Shown here: positions 19,189-28,664 of the stretch, in pieces
How positions within the stretch are numbered: position 1 is the first letter of the stretch
Layout of the letters: each line of letters starts with the position of its first letter
Assembly: GCA_016125095.1 (NCBI GenBank)
Contig: WGMK01000010.1
Coordinates: 438,149 to 502,148, forward strand
Direction of reading: 5' to 3'
Origin: Candidatus Hydrogenedens sp.
GTDB lineage: Bacteria > Hydrogenedentota > Hydrogenedentia > Hydrogenedentales > JAEUWI01
DNA: 64,000 nt
Made by a program: the position numbers and the translations under genes
Notes under the pieces: model-generated
Told to the model about the DNA's origin: nothing
The model's database searches: none
What the model saw: only the letters and a program-made list of their open reading frames with translations

Positions 19189-20838
19189 ATGATTCAGAAG
19201 CTACAGCGAACCATCGCGGAATTGTCGTGGAAGAAGGTTCTCCGCCTCACGAACGTCCGCATTGTGTCCCAAGCGTTTTTCTTCGCGGTGTTCCTCTTCA
19301 GCGTATGGGCCACCTGGACCACCCGCCTCGGCGGCTATCCGGTGTCGCGCATCCTCGAGATGGACCCGCTCGTGATGGTCGCGAACATTCTTTCGACCGG
19401 GCACGTCTACCGCTATCTCGGCTGGGGGCTGGTGATAATCGTCGTCACGCTGCTGTTCGGCCGCGTCTTCTGTAACTGGATATGCCCCTACGGCACGCTG
19501 CACCAGTTCATCGGCTGGTTGTTCAATGTGCGCAACGGCAAGGAACGCATCGACAGCAACCGTTACGCCGACTTCTATTTCGTGAAGTACGCGATCCTTA
19601 CCGTGTTTCTGATCATGGCATTCATGGGCTCGCTTCAAATCGGCCTGCTCGACCCCATCTGCCTGATGTACCGCACCTTTGCCACGGTGGTCGCGCCCAT
19701 GTCCGACATGGGGATTGACCAGCTGTCGAACGGGCTGCGGCTGTTGAATGCCGATACACATTTCCTCGACAACCTCAAGTTCGGTCCGGGCGTGGAAGAG
19801 CGCTTCTTCGTTGGCTCGTTCTGGATTGGCGTGATGATCGTGTTCCTCGTGGGCATGAATATCGTCATTCCGCGGTTCTTCTGCCGGGTGCTCTGTCCGC
19901 TCGGCGCCTTCCTCGGCACGCTGTCGCGCTTCGCGGTCTTCCGTATTAACCGCGACGTGCACAAGTGCACGGACTGCAACCTGTGCCTCACGCGTTGCGA
20001 AGGCGCGGCGGACCCGCAGGGCGCGGTGCGGCAGTCCGAATGCTTCTCGTGCATGAACTGCATCGACGACTGCCCGGAAGACGCGCTGTCTTTCACGATG
20101 ACCGGGCTCGATACCAAGCAGGTGGTGGCCTCGCCGGATCTCGGCCGCCGCCGCTTCTTCTTCGCCTCGCTCGCCGGCGTGATGGCGGTGCCCTTCGTAA
20201 AGACCCACGGTGTGAACGTCGACCACCATTTCTCGCCCGAGCTTATCCGTCCGCCGGGTTCGGTGGAAGAAGCCGAGTTCCTGAAAAAATGCATCAAGTG
20301 CGACCAGTGCATCAATTCCTGCCCCACCAATGTGCTTCAGCCGGCATCCACCCACCAAGGCGGTATAGAGGCTTTGTGGACCCCCGTGATGGATTTCCGC
20401 ATGGGACACTGCCAGCTCAAGTGCACCATGTGTTCCGAAGTCTGCCCGACCGGCGCGATCCGCAAAATCACGGTGGAGGAGAAGATGGGCAAGGGCGACT
20501 ATCTCGAAGAGGGGCCCGTGCGTTTGGGTACCGCGTTCTTCGACAAGGGCCGTTGTCTGCCGCACGCCATGGAGATTCCCTGCGTAGTGTGCGAGGAAGT
20601 GTGCCCGGTTTCGCCCAAGGCTATCCAGACCAAGGATGTCGAGGCGAAGGACGTTTATGGCAATATCGTCGTGCTGAACAAGCCCTTCATGGTGCCCGAT
20701 TTGTGCATTGGCTGCGGCATCTGCGAGCATGAGTGCCCGGTGAAGGATGATCGCGCCGTCTATGTGACGGCCGTGGGTGAGAGCCGTTCGAAGGAGCGCA
20801 GACTGCTCTTGCGGCAGCGCGAACTGAAAGACGCCTGA
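19189..20838 (+). CDS. NapH/MauN-like membrane polyferredoxin with multiple 4Fe-4S motifs
   Basis: 549 aa; TM-embedded FCNWICPYG and FCRVLCPLG motifs are characteristic of NapH. At least four CxxCxxCxxxCP ferredoxin motifs follow, and an internal Tat-like motif [11 protein letters not shown] is present. Confidence 0.8.
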   Translation: MIQKLQRTIAELSWKKVLRLTNVRIVSQAFFFAVFLFSVWATWTTRLGGYPVSRILEMDPLVMVANILSTGHVYRYLGWGLVIIVVTLLFGRVFCNWICPYGTLHQFIGWLFNVRNGKERIDSNRYADFYFVKYAILTVFLIMAFMGSLQIGLLDPICLMYRTFATVVAPMSDMGIDQLSNGLRLLNADTHFLDNLKFGPGVEERFFVGSFWIGVMIVFLVGMNIVIPRFFCRVLCPLGAFLGTLSRFAVFRINRDVHKCTDCNLCLTRCEGAADPQGAVRQSECFSCMNCIDDCPEDALSFTMTGLDTKQVVASPDLGRRRFFFASLAGVMAVPFVKTHGVNVDHHFSPELIRPPGSVEEAEFLKKCIKCDQCINSCPTNVLQPASTHQGGIEALWTPVMDFRMGHCQLKCTMCSEVCPTGAIRKITVEEKMGKGDYLEEGPVRLGTAFFDKGRCLPHAMEIPCVVCEEVCPVSPKAIQTKDVEAKDVYGNIVVLNKPFMVPDLCIGCGICEHECPVKDDRAVYVTAVGESRSKERRLLLRQRELKDA

Positions 20839-20868
20839 GGGGCGCCAACGACCTGAGGAGGGTCAACC

Positions 20869-22089
20869 ATGAAGCACAAGGATCTGGCGAGACGCGACTT
20901 CATGAAGGGGGCCGTGCTGGGAGGCGCGGGGCTGGGCATGGCGGGCGGCGCTTCGGCACTGCATGCGCCGATGCAACTGGCCGAGGGGGACGCTGCGGCC
21001 GCCACGACGGTGCCGCGCAAAAAGCTGGGCAGCACCGGCGAGGAGATTCCGATTCTGCTGATGGGCGGATCGCAGACTTTTGACCCCAAGTACGACAAGA
21101 TGCTGCACCGCGCCTACCGCATGGGCGTCAACTACATCGACACGGCGCAGGTATACGCGGGCGGTCAGTCGCACAAGACCATCGCGCCGTTCCTGCAGCA
21201 GGTAGGCCGCAAGAACCTTTGGATTACGTCCAAGGTGAAACTGGCCGGCAGCAAGGCGACCCCCGACAATTTCAAGAGCTATCTGCAGACGGCCTGCTTG
21301 GACCAGTTGGAAACGGACTATCTCGACATGTACTTCATGCACATGATCGACGATCTGGCCCTGCTTGAGCCCGAATTCATCAAGATGGGCGACGACCTCA
21401 AGAAAGAGGGCAAGATCAAGTACTTCGGCTTTTCCTGCCACGATGGCCTGGTGGCCGAGCTGATCGACAAGGCCGCGGACGTGGGCGGTATCGACGCCAT
21501 CATGTTCCGCTACAACTTCCGCCAGTACGGCGAGAAGAAGCTGAACGACGCGATGGACAAGGCCAAGAAGGCAGGCATCGGCCTGATTGCCATGAAGACC
21601 CAGGCCTCGGTGCCGGACGACCTGGAGAAGGTGGCGGAGTTCCAATCGAAGAACTTCACGTTGCCGCAGGCGAAGCTGAAATCCGTGTGGGCCGACGAGC
21701 GTATCGACGCCGCCGTATCGCAGATCAACAACCTGCAGATTCTGGAAGAGAATGCCGGCGCCGCCATGTCGCCCGCTCAGCTCAGCATGAACGAGTATCA
21801 CCAGCTGAATAAGCTGGCCCGCATGACACGTTCGCACCACTGCCTCGGTTGCAACCAGATCTGCGAGTCGCGCGTGGCGGGACAGCTCAAGATTTCCGAC
21901 GCGCTGCGCTACCTCATGTACCACGAGAGCTACGGCGACGCCGAGACGGCCCGCCTGTTGTACAACGCGCTTTCGGATGGCGAGCGCGACTTCGATTCGG
22001 TGGACCTGACCGAGGCAATCAAGGCCTGTCCGCAGGACATCCAGATCGGCGAGCGTCTGGCGAAGGCCCGTCAGGTACTCAGCGCCTAA
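20869..22089 (+). CDS. Tat-exported aldo/keto reductase family oxidoreductase with C-terminal Cys cluster
   Basis: Twin-arginine signal ARRDFMKGAVLGGAGLGMAGGASALHA. The AKR core (GVNYIDTAQVYAGGQSHK) is present, and the C-terminus carries C-x2-C-x3-C...C-P (HHCLGCNQIC...KACP). Confidence 0.78.
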   Translation: MKHKDLARRDFMKGAVLGGAGLGMAGGASALHAPMQLAEGDAAAATTVPRKKLGSTGEEIPILLMGGSQTFDPKYDKMLHRAYRMGVNYIDTAQVYAGGQSHKTIAPFLQQVGRKNLWITSKVKLAGSKATPDNFKSYLQTACLDQLETDYLDMYFMHMIDDLALLEPEFIKMGDDLKKEGKIKYFGFSCHDGLVAELIDKAADVGGIDAIMFRYNFRQYGEKKLNDAMDKAKKAGIGLIAMKTQASVPDDLEKVAEFQSKNFTLPQAKLKSVWADERIDAAVSQINNLQILEENAGAAMSPAQLSMNEYHQLNKLARMTRSHHCLGCNQICESRVAGQLKISDALRYLMYHESYGDAETARLLYNALSDGERDFDSVDLTEAIKACPQDIQIGERLAKARQVLSA

Positions 22090-22109
22090 TCACTGCAATC
22101 GTTACCGAG

Positions 22110-22147
22110 GCGGCGGGATTCTTCGGAATTCCGCCGCTTCTGCTTTT
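22110..22147 (+). terminator. putative bidirectional terminator between convergent genes
   Basis: 12-bp stem gcggcgggattc / gaattccgccgc around a ttcg loop, followed by ttctgctttt. Confidence 0.45.
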
Positions 22148-24842
22148 ACCGGGGCGCCGCCATGAGCAGGGCCGCGAGGGCGCGCAGCAAGACGCCCCGG
22201 TCCACCGGCTTCGACAGCAGTTCCGTTCCCGGCTGGGCAAGGAGTTCGTCGGTTACCTGATCGGCGGAGTACCCCGTAAGGAACATGACCGGAATACCCG
22301 GGCGCACTTCCCGTATGCGGGCGAGGGCCTCGGTGCCATTGAGGCGTGGCATCACGACATCGAACAACAGAAAATCGAAGCTGTCGGGTGCAGCCTCGAA
22401 CAGCTCTACCGCCTCGAGTCCGTCCGTGGCGACCGTAACGTCGTAACCGGCTACCGCGAGAATCTGCGTCATGGCCTCGCGTACCAGTTTCTCGTCCTCC
22501 GCGAAGAGTAAGCGGGCAGCGCCGGAGATGGCGACCGCCTCGGCCGGGTGCCGCTCTGCGACCGGGTCCGTTGCGGCCGCGATGGGCAGGCGCACAAGGA
22601 AAGTCGAGCCTTTTCCTGGTTCGCTTTCCACCTGGATGCTGCCGCCATACTGCGTCACGATTCCGTAGACCGTCGAGAGCCCCAGCCCCGTGCCTTCATT
22701 GAGTGGCTTCGTAGTGAAGAAGGGCTCGAAGATATGCGGCAGTACGTCGGGTGGGATGCCTGCCCCGGTGTCGCGGATGCAAATGGCGACATGCGTCGGC
22801 CGGGCGCCCTCGGACAGCGCAATCGTCGGGTCTGCGGGCCCCTCCTGCTCTTGGAGCGAGACATCCAGCACGCCGCCCTGCGGCATGGCATCGCGGGCAT
22901 TGAGCGCCAGGTTCAGCAATACCTGCTGCAGCTGGGTTTCGTCGCAGCGTACGCGCGGCAGGTGTGGCATGGCCTGTAGACGCAGGTCGATACGTTCGCC
23001 CAGCAAGGGGCCGATAAGCTCGGCAGTCCCCTCGGCCACCTCAAGGGCATCGACCGAATGAACGGCGGCCGGCTCATTCCGGCTGAAGGCGAGCAGCTGA
23101 TTGACGATACCTGCTGCGCGCTGGGCGGCCGTGTTGATTCTCAGGAAATAGCCAGCGGGAGTCGCCGGCACATCGCCGCGGCTCATGCCCATCTCAGAAT
23201 ATCCGAGAATTCCCTGCAGCACATTGTTGAAGTCGTGCGCGATGCCGCCCGCGAGCTGCCCGATGGCCTCCAGCTTCTGGGCCTGCAGCAGGTGCTGCTC
23301 ATTGCGGCGCACCGCAGCCTCGGCTTCCTTGCGCGCGGTGATATCGAAGATGACACCCTCAATGAGACGATCGTCTCCCGACTCCAGCACGATGCCCTTG
23401 TCGGCCACCCAGCGAAAGCCGCCGTCGCGGTGGTTGGCGCGGTATTCGAGCGCATAAGCGCGGCGGTTGGCCGCGGCCGTCTCGACCGCAGCGCGCACCA
23501 TGGCCAGGTCTTCCGGGTATACCATCTCCTGCCAGAAATCTATCGCCGGCTCCAGGATTTCATCGGCCGATTTACCCGTGATGCGTTCGAACCAGGGACT
23601 GAGGTAGGTGGCCTGTACCGATTCGCCCAGCGTGCCGCGATAGACCGCGCCGGGTATATTGCGCACGAGTGCGCGGTAGCGCTCCTGGGCCTCTTCGCGC
23701 GCGGCCTCGGCCTTGTGCCGCTCGGTGATATCTCTGAAACTGCCCCAGACGCGGATGATCTGGCGCCCGGCGATGATGCCTTGCGCGCTGTTCTCGAACA
23801 CGCGCGGGCTGCCATCGGTTCCCTCGCCCGAGGTGGGGGCATCCTGCAGCTGGTATCCGCCGACCACGAATTGCCGGCAGATTTCATGGAGCGTGCGGTG
23901 GGTGGGCCGGCCCGTGATGTCGGCAAACCGCACGCCCAGCGCGTCCTCGCGGCGCTTGAATCCGTATTGACGCGCGCATACGTCGTTGCATTCCACCAGC
24001 ACGCCGTTCATCAAGCCCTGAATCTGCTCTTCCTGCGGCAGCTTGGTTGATATGGGCGGGTCGAACTCGTAGCACCAGATGGCATCCGAGGTGCTTTCGA
24101 TCAGGGACTTGTAGCGTTGTTCCCGATCGCGCAGCGCCGCCTCGATGGTCTGGCGCTCGGCAAATTCCTGCTCGCGGCGCATCAGCAATTCGGCATTGCC
24201 CTCGGCCACCTGAATCAGGCGGCGCGTCACTTGACGGCGGCTTTCGAGACCGGCCAGTGCCAGGAAAGCCAGCGCGAATACATAGGTGAGCCAGGCGAGC
24301 GGATCGAGCGACAAGTTCTGCTCGATATACAAAATGGGAATGAGGTCGGTGGCGAGGTAGAGATAGGCGTAGATGGCGTAGGTAACGAGCATGGCACAGA
24401 GCACGGCGAACCCGACGGGATAGCCGACCAGGCCGCCCGCGAAAAACACCGAGCAGAGGAACAGCGGCGGATTCATGCTGCCGAGGCCGTAGAAGTGCAA
24501 CTCGACCACGCCGATGCCGAACATGACCGCGAGGAGGGTGATGGCGCGCACCTGGTAGGGAATCCGCGGATAGAGGTTGGCCGCCAAGACGGAGAAGTAG
24601 CCGATCAGGTATAACGCGGCGCGCAGGTATTCCTCATTGCCGAACCGCCGCGAGACGGTAACATAGACCGCGAAGCCGCCCACGACCGCGAAGATGAGCA
24701 GCATGGCGCGCAGGCTGCGCTCCTGCAACTCCGCCAGCAACTTGCGGGCATCCTGCGGATAATCCGTCGCGCTCATCTTGATGTACTCGCGGAATTGCCC
24801 ACGGTTATGCTCTCCTCCGTCTCCCCGGCTAAACCTTAGCAC
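22146..24842 (-). CDS. hybrid sensor histidine kinase (multi-TM N-terminus, PAS domains, HisKA, HATPase, C-terminal receiver)
   Basis: 898 aa; H-box HDFNNVL, N/G boxes (NLALNARDAM, RDTGAGI, GTGLGLS) and a receiver domain (LLFAEDE...DVVMP). Confidence 0.85.
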   Translation of the reverse strand: MLRFSRGDGGEHNRGQFREYIKMSATDYPQDARKLLAELQERSLRAMLLIFAVVGGFAVYVTVSRRFGNEEYLRAALYLIGYFSVLAANLYPRIPYQVRAITLLAVMFGIGVVELHFYGLGSMNPPLFLCSVFFAGGLVGYPVGFAVLCAMLVTYAIYAYLYLATDLIPILYIEQNLSLDPLAWLTYVFALAFLALAGLESRRQVTRRLIQVAEGNAELLMRREQEFAERQTIEAALRDREQRYKSLIESTSDAIWCYEFDPPISTKLPQEEQIQGLMNGVLVECNDVCARQYGFKRREDALGVRFADITGRPTHRTLHEICRQFVVGGYQLQDAPTSGEGTDGSPRVFENSAQGIIAGRQIIRVWGSFRDITERHKAEAAREEAQERYRALVRNIPGAVYRGTLGESVQATYLSPWFERITGKSADEILEPAIDFWQEMVYPEDLAMVRAAVETAAANRRAYALEYRANHRDGGFRWVADKGIVLESGDDRLIEGVIFDITARKEAEAAVRRNEQHLLQAQKLEAIGQLAGGIAHDFNNVLQGILGYSEMGMSRGDVPATPAGYFLRINTAAQRAAGIVNQLLAFSRNEPAAVHSVDALEVAEGTAELIGPLLGERIDLRLQAMPHLPRVRCDETQLQQVLLNLALNARDAMPQGGVLDVSLQEQEGPADPTIALSEGARPTHVAICIRDTGAGIPPDVLPHIFEPFFTTKPLNEGTGLGLSTVYGIVTQYGGSIQVESEPGKGSTFLVRLPIAAATDPVAERHPAEAVAISGAARLLFAEDEKLVREAMTQILAVAGYDVTVATDGLEAVELFEAAPDSFDFLLFDVVMPRLNGTEALARIREVRPGIPVMFLTGYSADQVTDELLAQPGTELLSKPVDRGVLLRALAALLMAAPR

Positions 24843-24932
24843 GAATCCGCACCGGGCCTAAAGAACAATCGAAACGGCGAGGCCCCCCCGGCGGAACCGG
24901 GGGGGCCTCTATGAGAAGGGAGGGGAGGGGTC

Positions 24933-26873
24933 TTACGACTCAGTCGAAGCCTGCTGCAATTCGCGGTCTTCGCTGTTCGCAAGCGAGGGCGTTTTCTGCG
25001 CCCAGTCGCGATACTTGGGGGGAAGGTCGCCGAACACGTCGGAGGCCATCCAGTTGTACTTGCCTTCCATCATCGCCTTCGCCACCTTGTTGTAGTCCGA
25101 ATTGTGGTTGTGCTTGACCTTGCGGAAGTGGTCTTCGATGCGCTCGCGGGCGCCCTTGCACCACAGGTCGGCCAGTTCCACCGGCGTCTTGTCCTTCGGG
25201 TTCTTGTCGAGCAGCTGCTCGGCCTTCGCCAGGCAGCAGCCCATCACGAACAGGTCCACGCCGATTTCCACAAAGTGGCTCAGGAGGATCTGTTCGAACT
25301 CGAGCTTCGGACCGAACTTGGCCATGGTGTGGAAGAGCGAGCGGGCCAGACGCTTGCTGGTGCGCGCCGCATAGGCCAGGTGTTCCTGGCAGGCGCCGTC
25401 GAGGTGCTTCACGTTGAAGTCGGTGCTCGAGGGCATGTACAGCGACGGGTACCAGGTGGAGTAGAACTTGAAGGCGTTCCAGATGAGCGAAAGCTTGCTC
25501 TCCTTCTGGCCCGGCTTCGGCATCATCAGCGGCATCACCAGCTTGAAGTGCGTGTCCATGGCTTCGCGCGCCATGATCAGGTGCATCACTTCGCTGGAGC
25601 CCTCGAAGATGCGGCCCACGCGGCCGTCGCGTGCGAAACGATTCACCGGCATCGGGCGCTCGCCGCGGTTGTAGAGCGAGGTGTCGGTTTCGAAGCCGCG
25701 GCCGCCGCGCACCTGGATCAGTTCATCCAGCACACGGTGCGAAGTCTCGGTGCAGAAATACTTGGCCGCGGCGGCTTCCAGGCGGATATCGGCATTCGCG
25801 CGGTCGGCGAAGCTGCACGCCAGGTAAACAAGCGCGTCCATCGCGAAGATGTCGGCCACCATGCCGGCGATCTTCTTGGAGATGGACTGGTGACGGCCGA
25901 TCGGCACGCCCCACTGCACGCGCGAGGTGACCCAGTCCTGGATGGGCTCGATGAGGCCGGCCAGGGTGCCGGTGCTGGCCGCGGGAATGCCCAGGCGGCC
26001 GGCGTTCAGCGTGGTGAGCGCGATCTTGAGACCCATGCCCGGCTTGCCGATCATGTTCTCGGCGGGCACCTTCACGTTCGTGAACTTGATCAGGCCGTTG
26101 CTCAGGCCGTGCAGGCCCATGAAGTTGCAGCGGTGCAGCAGCTCGACGCCTTCGCTCTCGGTTTCTACCACGAAGGTCGAGATCTGCTTGATTTCCTTGC
26201 CGTTCTTCTGCAGCGGCGGGGTCTGCGCCATCACCACCATCAGCTTCGAATCGGGGCCGTTGGTGCACCACAGCTTCGTGCCGTTGATGAGGTAGTGGCT
26301 GCCGTCTTCCGTCGGCGTCGCCGAGGTGGACATCTTGGCCGGGTCCGAACCCACATCCGGCTCGGTCAGTGCGAAGGCGCTGATTTCGCCCGCGGCCAGG
26401 CGCGGCAGGAACTTCTGCTTCTGTTCCTTGGTACCGAACAGCTTGAGCGGCTGCGGCACGCCGATCGACTGGTGCGCCGATACATACGTAACCGTGGTCT
26501 GGCAGTAGCTGCCCATGAAACGCAGCAGGCGGGCGTAGTTCCACTGGGTCAGGCCCAGGCCGCCGTATTCCTTGCTGATCTTCATGCCGAAGAGGCCGAT
26601 CTTCGCCAAGCCGTCGAGCGTGGCCTGCGGGAACACGCCCGTCTCGTCCAGGAGGATCGGGTCGTGCTGTTCCATCACCTCGCGCGTCTTCTCAATCAGC
26701 TCATCGCCGATGCGCTTGTCTTCCGGATCCTGCTCGGGATACGGGTGCAGCAGGTCCCAGCGGAAGTTTCCGCGGAACATTTCGGCGGTGAAACTCGGGA
26801 ACTTCCATTCCGTTTCACGCGCAGACTCGGCCATTTCCATGGCGGCATCTTTGGCGGCATTGTTTTCAGCCAT
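24933..26873 (-). CDS. acyl-CoA dehydrogenase, long FadE-like form
   Basis: 646 aa; ACAD N-terminal, middle and C-terminal domain signatures (FGMKISKEYGG, TEPDVGSD, YLINGTKLWCTNG, IFEGSSEV). Confidence 0.85.
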   Translation of the reverse strand: MAENNAAKDAAMEMAESARETEWKFPSFTAEMFRGNFRWDLLHPYPEQDPEDKRIGDELIEKTREVMEQHDPILLDETGVFPQATLDGLAKIGLFGMKISKEYGGLGLTQWNYARLLRFMGSYCQTTVTYVSAHQSIGVPQPLKLFGTKEQKQKFLPRLAAGEISAFALTEPDVGSDPAKMSTSATPTEDGSHYLINGTKLWCTNGPDSKLMVVMAQTPPLQKNGKEIKQISTFVVETESEGVELLHRCNFMGLHGLSNGLIKFTNVKVPAENMIGKPGMGLKIALTTLNAGRLGIPAASTGTLAGLIEPIQDWVTSRVQWGVPIGRHQSISKKIAGMVADIFAMDALVYLACSFADRANADIRLEAAAAKYFCTETSHRVLDELIQVRGGRGFETDTSLYNRGERPMPVNRFARDGRVGRIFEGSSEVMHLIMAREAMDTHFKLVMPLMMPKPGQKESKLSLIWNAFKFYSTWYPSLYMPSSTDFNVKHLDGACQEHLAYAARTSKRLARSLFHTMAKFGPKLEFEQILLSHFVEIGVDLFVMGCCLAKAEQLLDKNPKDKTPVELADLWCKGARERIEDHFRKVKHNHNSDYNKVAKAMMEGKYNWMASDVFGDLPPKYRDWAQKTPSLANSEDRELQQASTES

Positions 26874-27156
26874 GACACACCTCTCTTAGGGTTGCGGTTG
26901 AGTACCGGTTTTTCTGCTACCTAACGACCGGTAGGTATTCTAACACGCAGGCAATCATCGGTCAAGCAAAACCTGCGCAAGCCACACAGGCAACAGCCAT
27001 TAGACCTGCCATAAAGACACCCGGTTCCAAGGCGGCTATTCCGGAGGGGTATGCATCGCAGCTCAGCGCCATAATTCGTATAATTATTAGCCGTGCGATT
27101 GACCGAGAGCCCGAGGGGGAGTAGGGTAGAGCATCGACAACGGAGGTACCAGAACC

Positions 27157-27417
27157 ATGACCGAAGCCGACCGGGCCGATTTCAGCAGCACCGACTACGA
27201 CCATCTGGCCCCGGGCATGAGTTACGGCGAGGTGGCCTCCCGCCTGAACGGCGAGGGCCTGCTGCTCTCCAACAACGTGGCCCAGCTCGAACCCGGTTTC
27301 TGGCTCTGCAGCATGACCACCCAAGTCTACGAATGGCACAACGCCGAAGGCGCGATCATCCGCGTCATGTTCGGCGACGACGGCCTGCGCGACAAATCGC
27401 AGTGCGGCCTGGGGTGA
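27157..27417 (+). CDS. small hypothetical protein (BamE/SmpA_OmlA-like fold suspected)
   Basis: 86 aa; GGAGG RBS 9 nt upstream. PGMSYGEVASRLNGEG and the C-terminal RVMFGDDG resemble the BamE-like fold. Its 3' end lies within a 47-bp direct repeat. Confidence 0.5.
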   Translation: MTEADRADFSSTDYDHLAPGMSYGEVASRLNGEGLLLSNNVAQLEPGFWLCSMTTQVYEWHNAEGAIIRVMFGDDGLRDKSQCGLG

Positions 27418-27422
27418 GGGGG
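27376..27422 (+). repeat. left copy of 47-bp direct repeat (1 mismatch to the copy at 28604..28650)
   Basis: gacgacggcctgcgcgacaaatcgcagtgcGgcctggggtgaggggg. Confidence 0.8.
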
Positions 27423-27491
27423 CCCTGGGGGCGCGGTTCGACGCGCTGGGTGTGATGAGTGTGGGAACACAACAAGTGGAGGAAGCGATAG

Positions 27492-28463
27492 ATGAACTTA
27501 TCCAATAAGTTGGATTTCGTCTTTGTTACGCTGATTACTGCGACCTTGGCGCTGTTGATTCCGCAGCCATGCGTGGCCAGCGGGCTGGGGGATGATAGAA
27601 ACGCGCAAATCGCAACAAACGAAATTGCAACTTCGGATGCCTCCACGTTTCCGCTTAACATTGCACAAGTGTCTCCAATCGACGCCCAGCGTGAATCCGG
27701 TGATGCCTATCCAGACTATTTTTTGAAGATGGTCCAGTATTGTTATGACATCCAGGGCCGCGTGGACCAAATAGGCGAATTGGAACGTGAATACTTGCGT
27801 CGGAGACTAAACGATCCGGAGATGCGGGAGTATTGGGGGTGTATGGCGGTCTTGCTTGCATTACATGATAGGTCGGAACAAACTGCTGAGGAGTTGCTAG
27901 CCTTCGTAATTAGGACCTACGGACCATGCGACGAGGATCGCGGTGACTTCAACTTGATGATGACGAAGGCTTGGGCAGTGACGATGTTGGGTTTTATAGA
28001 CTACCCGATAAGTCGGCAGGCACTGATGAGAATTGCGGCATCGATAAATGTCTCCAGTTTGTTTCAGAATTGGGAAGATGATGATTTTGTATCTGCAGTT
28101 GCTGCGTCGCCTTACTCGGCATTTCAAGATGTAATTCGCGGAGCAGCGTATAAGGGGCTTGCGATTATGGGGGGGCGTGAAAACAATGAATACTTGCGAA
28201 GCGAATTCGCTCGTATTAGAAGCGATCCGGGAGAGCTCTTATCCGGCGCCGGGCCTATGCTAAAAGGGCATGTGTATTTGTTAAAGGAGGCTCTGGCAAT
28301 CGCGGATTTTGTGGTGGATTCTGGTACGGATGCATATGTAAAGGTCTTGAGCAGCAAGGATGAATGGGGTAAAGTGTATAATAAGTATTCTCCAAGATAC
28401 GATATACCGGATGAGGAGAGAGAATCTAAAATGAAGCAGCTGGCCGAGGAGAGGGCTAAGTAG
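27492..28463 (+). CDS. secreted hypothetical protein encoded on a low-GC insert
   Basis: 323 aa; signal peptide MNLSNKLDFVFVTLITATLALLIPQPCVA. GC content is much lower than in flanking DNA. Confidence 0.6.
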   Translation: MNLSNKLDFVFVTLITATLALLIPQPCVASGLGDDRNAQIATNEIATSDASTFPLNIAQVSPIDAQRESGDAYPDYFLKMVQYCYDIQGRVDQIGELEREYLRRRLNDPEMREYWGCMAVLLALHDRSEQTAEELLAFVIRTYGPCDEDRGDFNLMMTKAWAVTMLGFIDYPISRQALMRIAASINVSSLFQNWEDDDFVSAVAASPYSAFQDVIRGAAYKGLAIMGGRENNEYLRSEFARIRSDPGELLSGAGPMLKGHVYLLKEALAIADFVVDSGTDAYVKVLSSKDEWGKVYNKYSPRYDIPDEERESKMKQLAEERAK

Positions 28464-28603
28464 ATCTTTGGATACTGTCTCGCGTGATACTTGAAGCATC
28501 GGAAAAATTCAGGCCTCAGGTAAGGGGGCTCTGTGTTTTTTTGTCTATGCTGCCTGCCTGTTTTCGACTTGGCTTTTCATGTTTTGTGGTCGTTGCTACC
28601 TCT

Positions 28604-28650
28604 GACGACGGCCTGCGCGACAAATCGCAGTGCAGCCTGGGGTGAGGGGG
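28604..28650 (+). repeat. right copy of 47-bp direct repeat
   Basis: gacgacggcctgcgcgacaaatcgcagtgcAgcctggggtgaggggg. Confidence 0.8.
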
Positions 28651-28664
28651 AGATACGACTAGGT

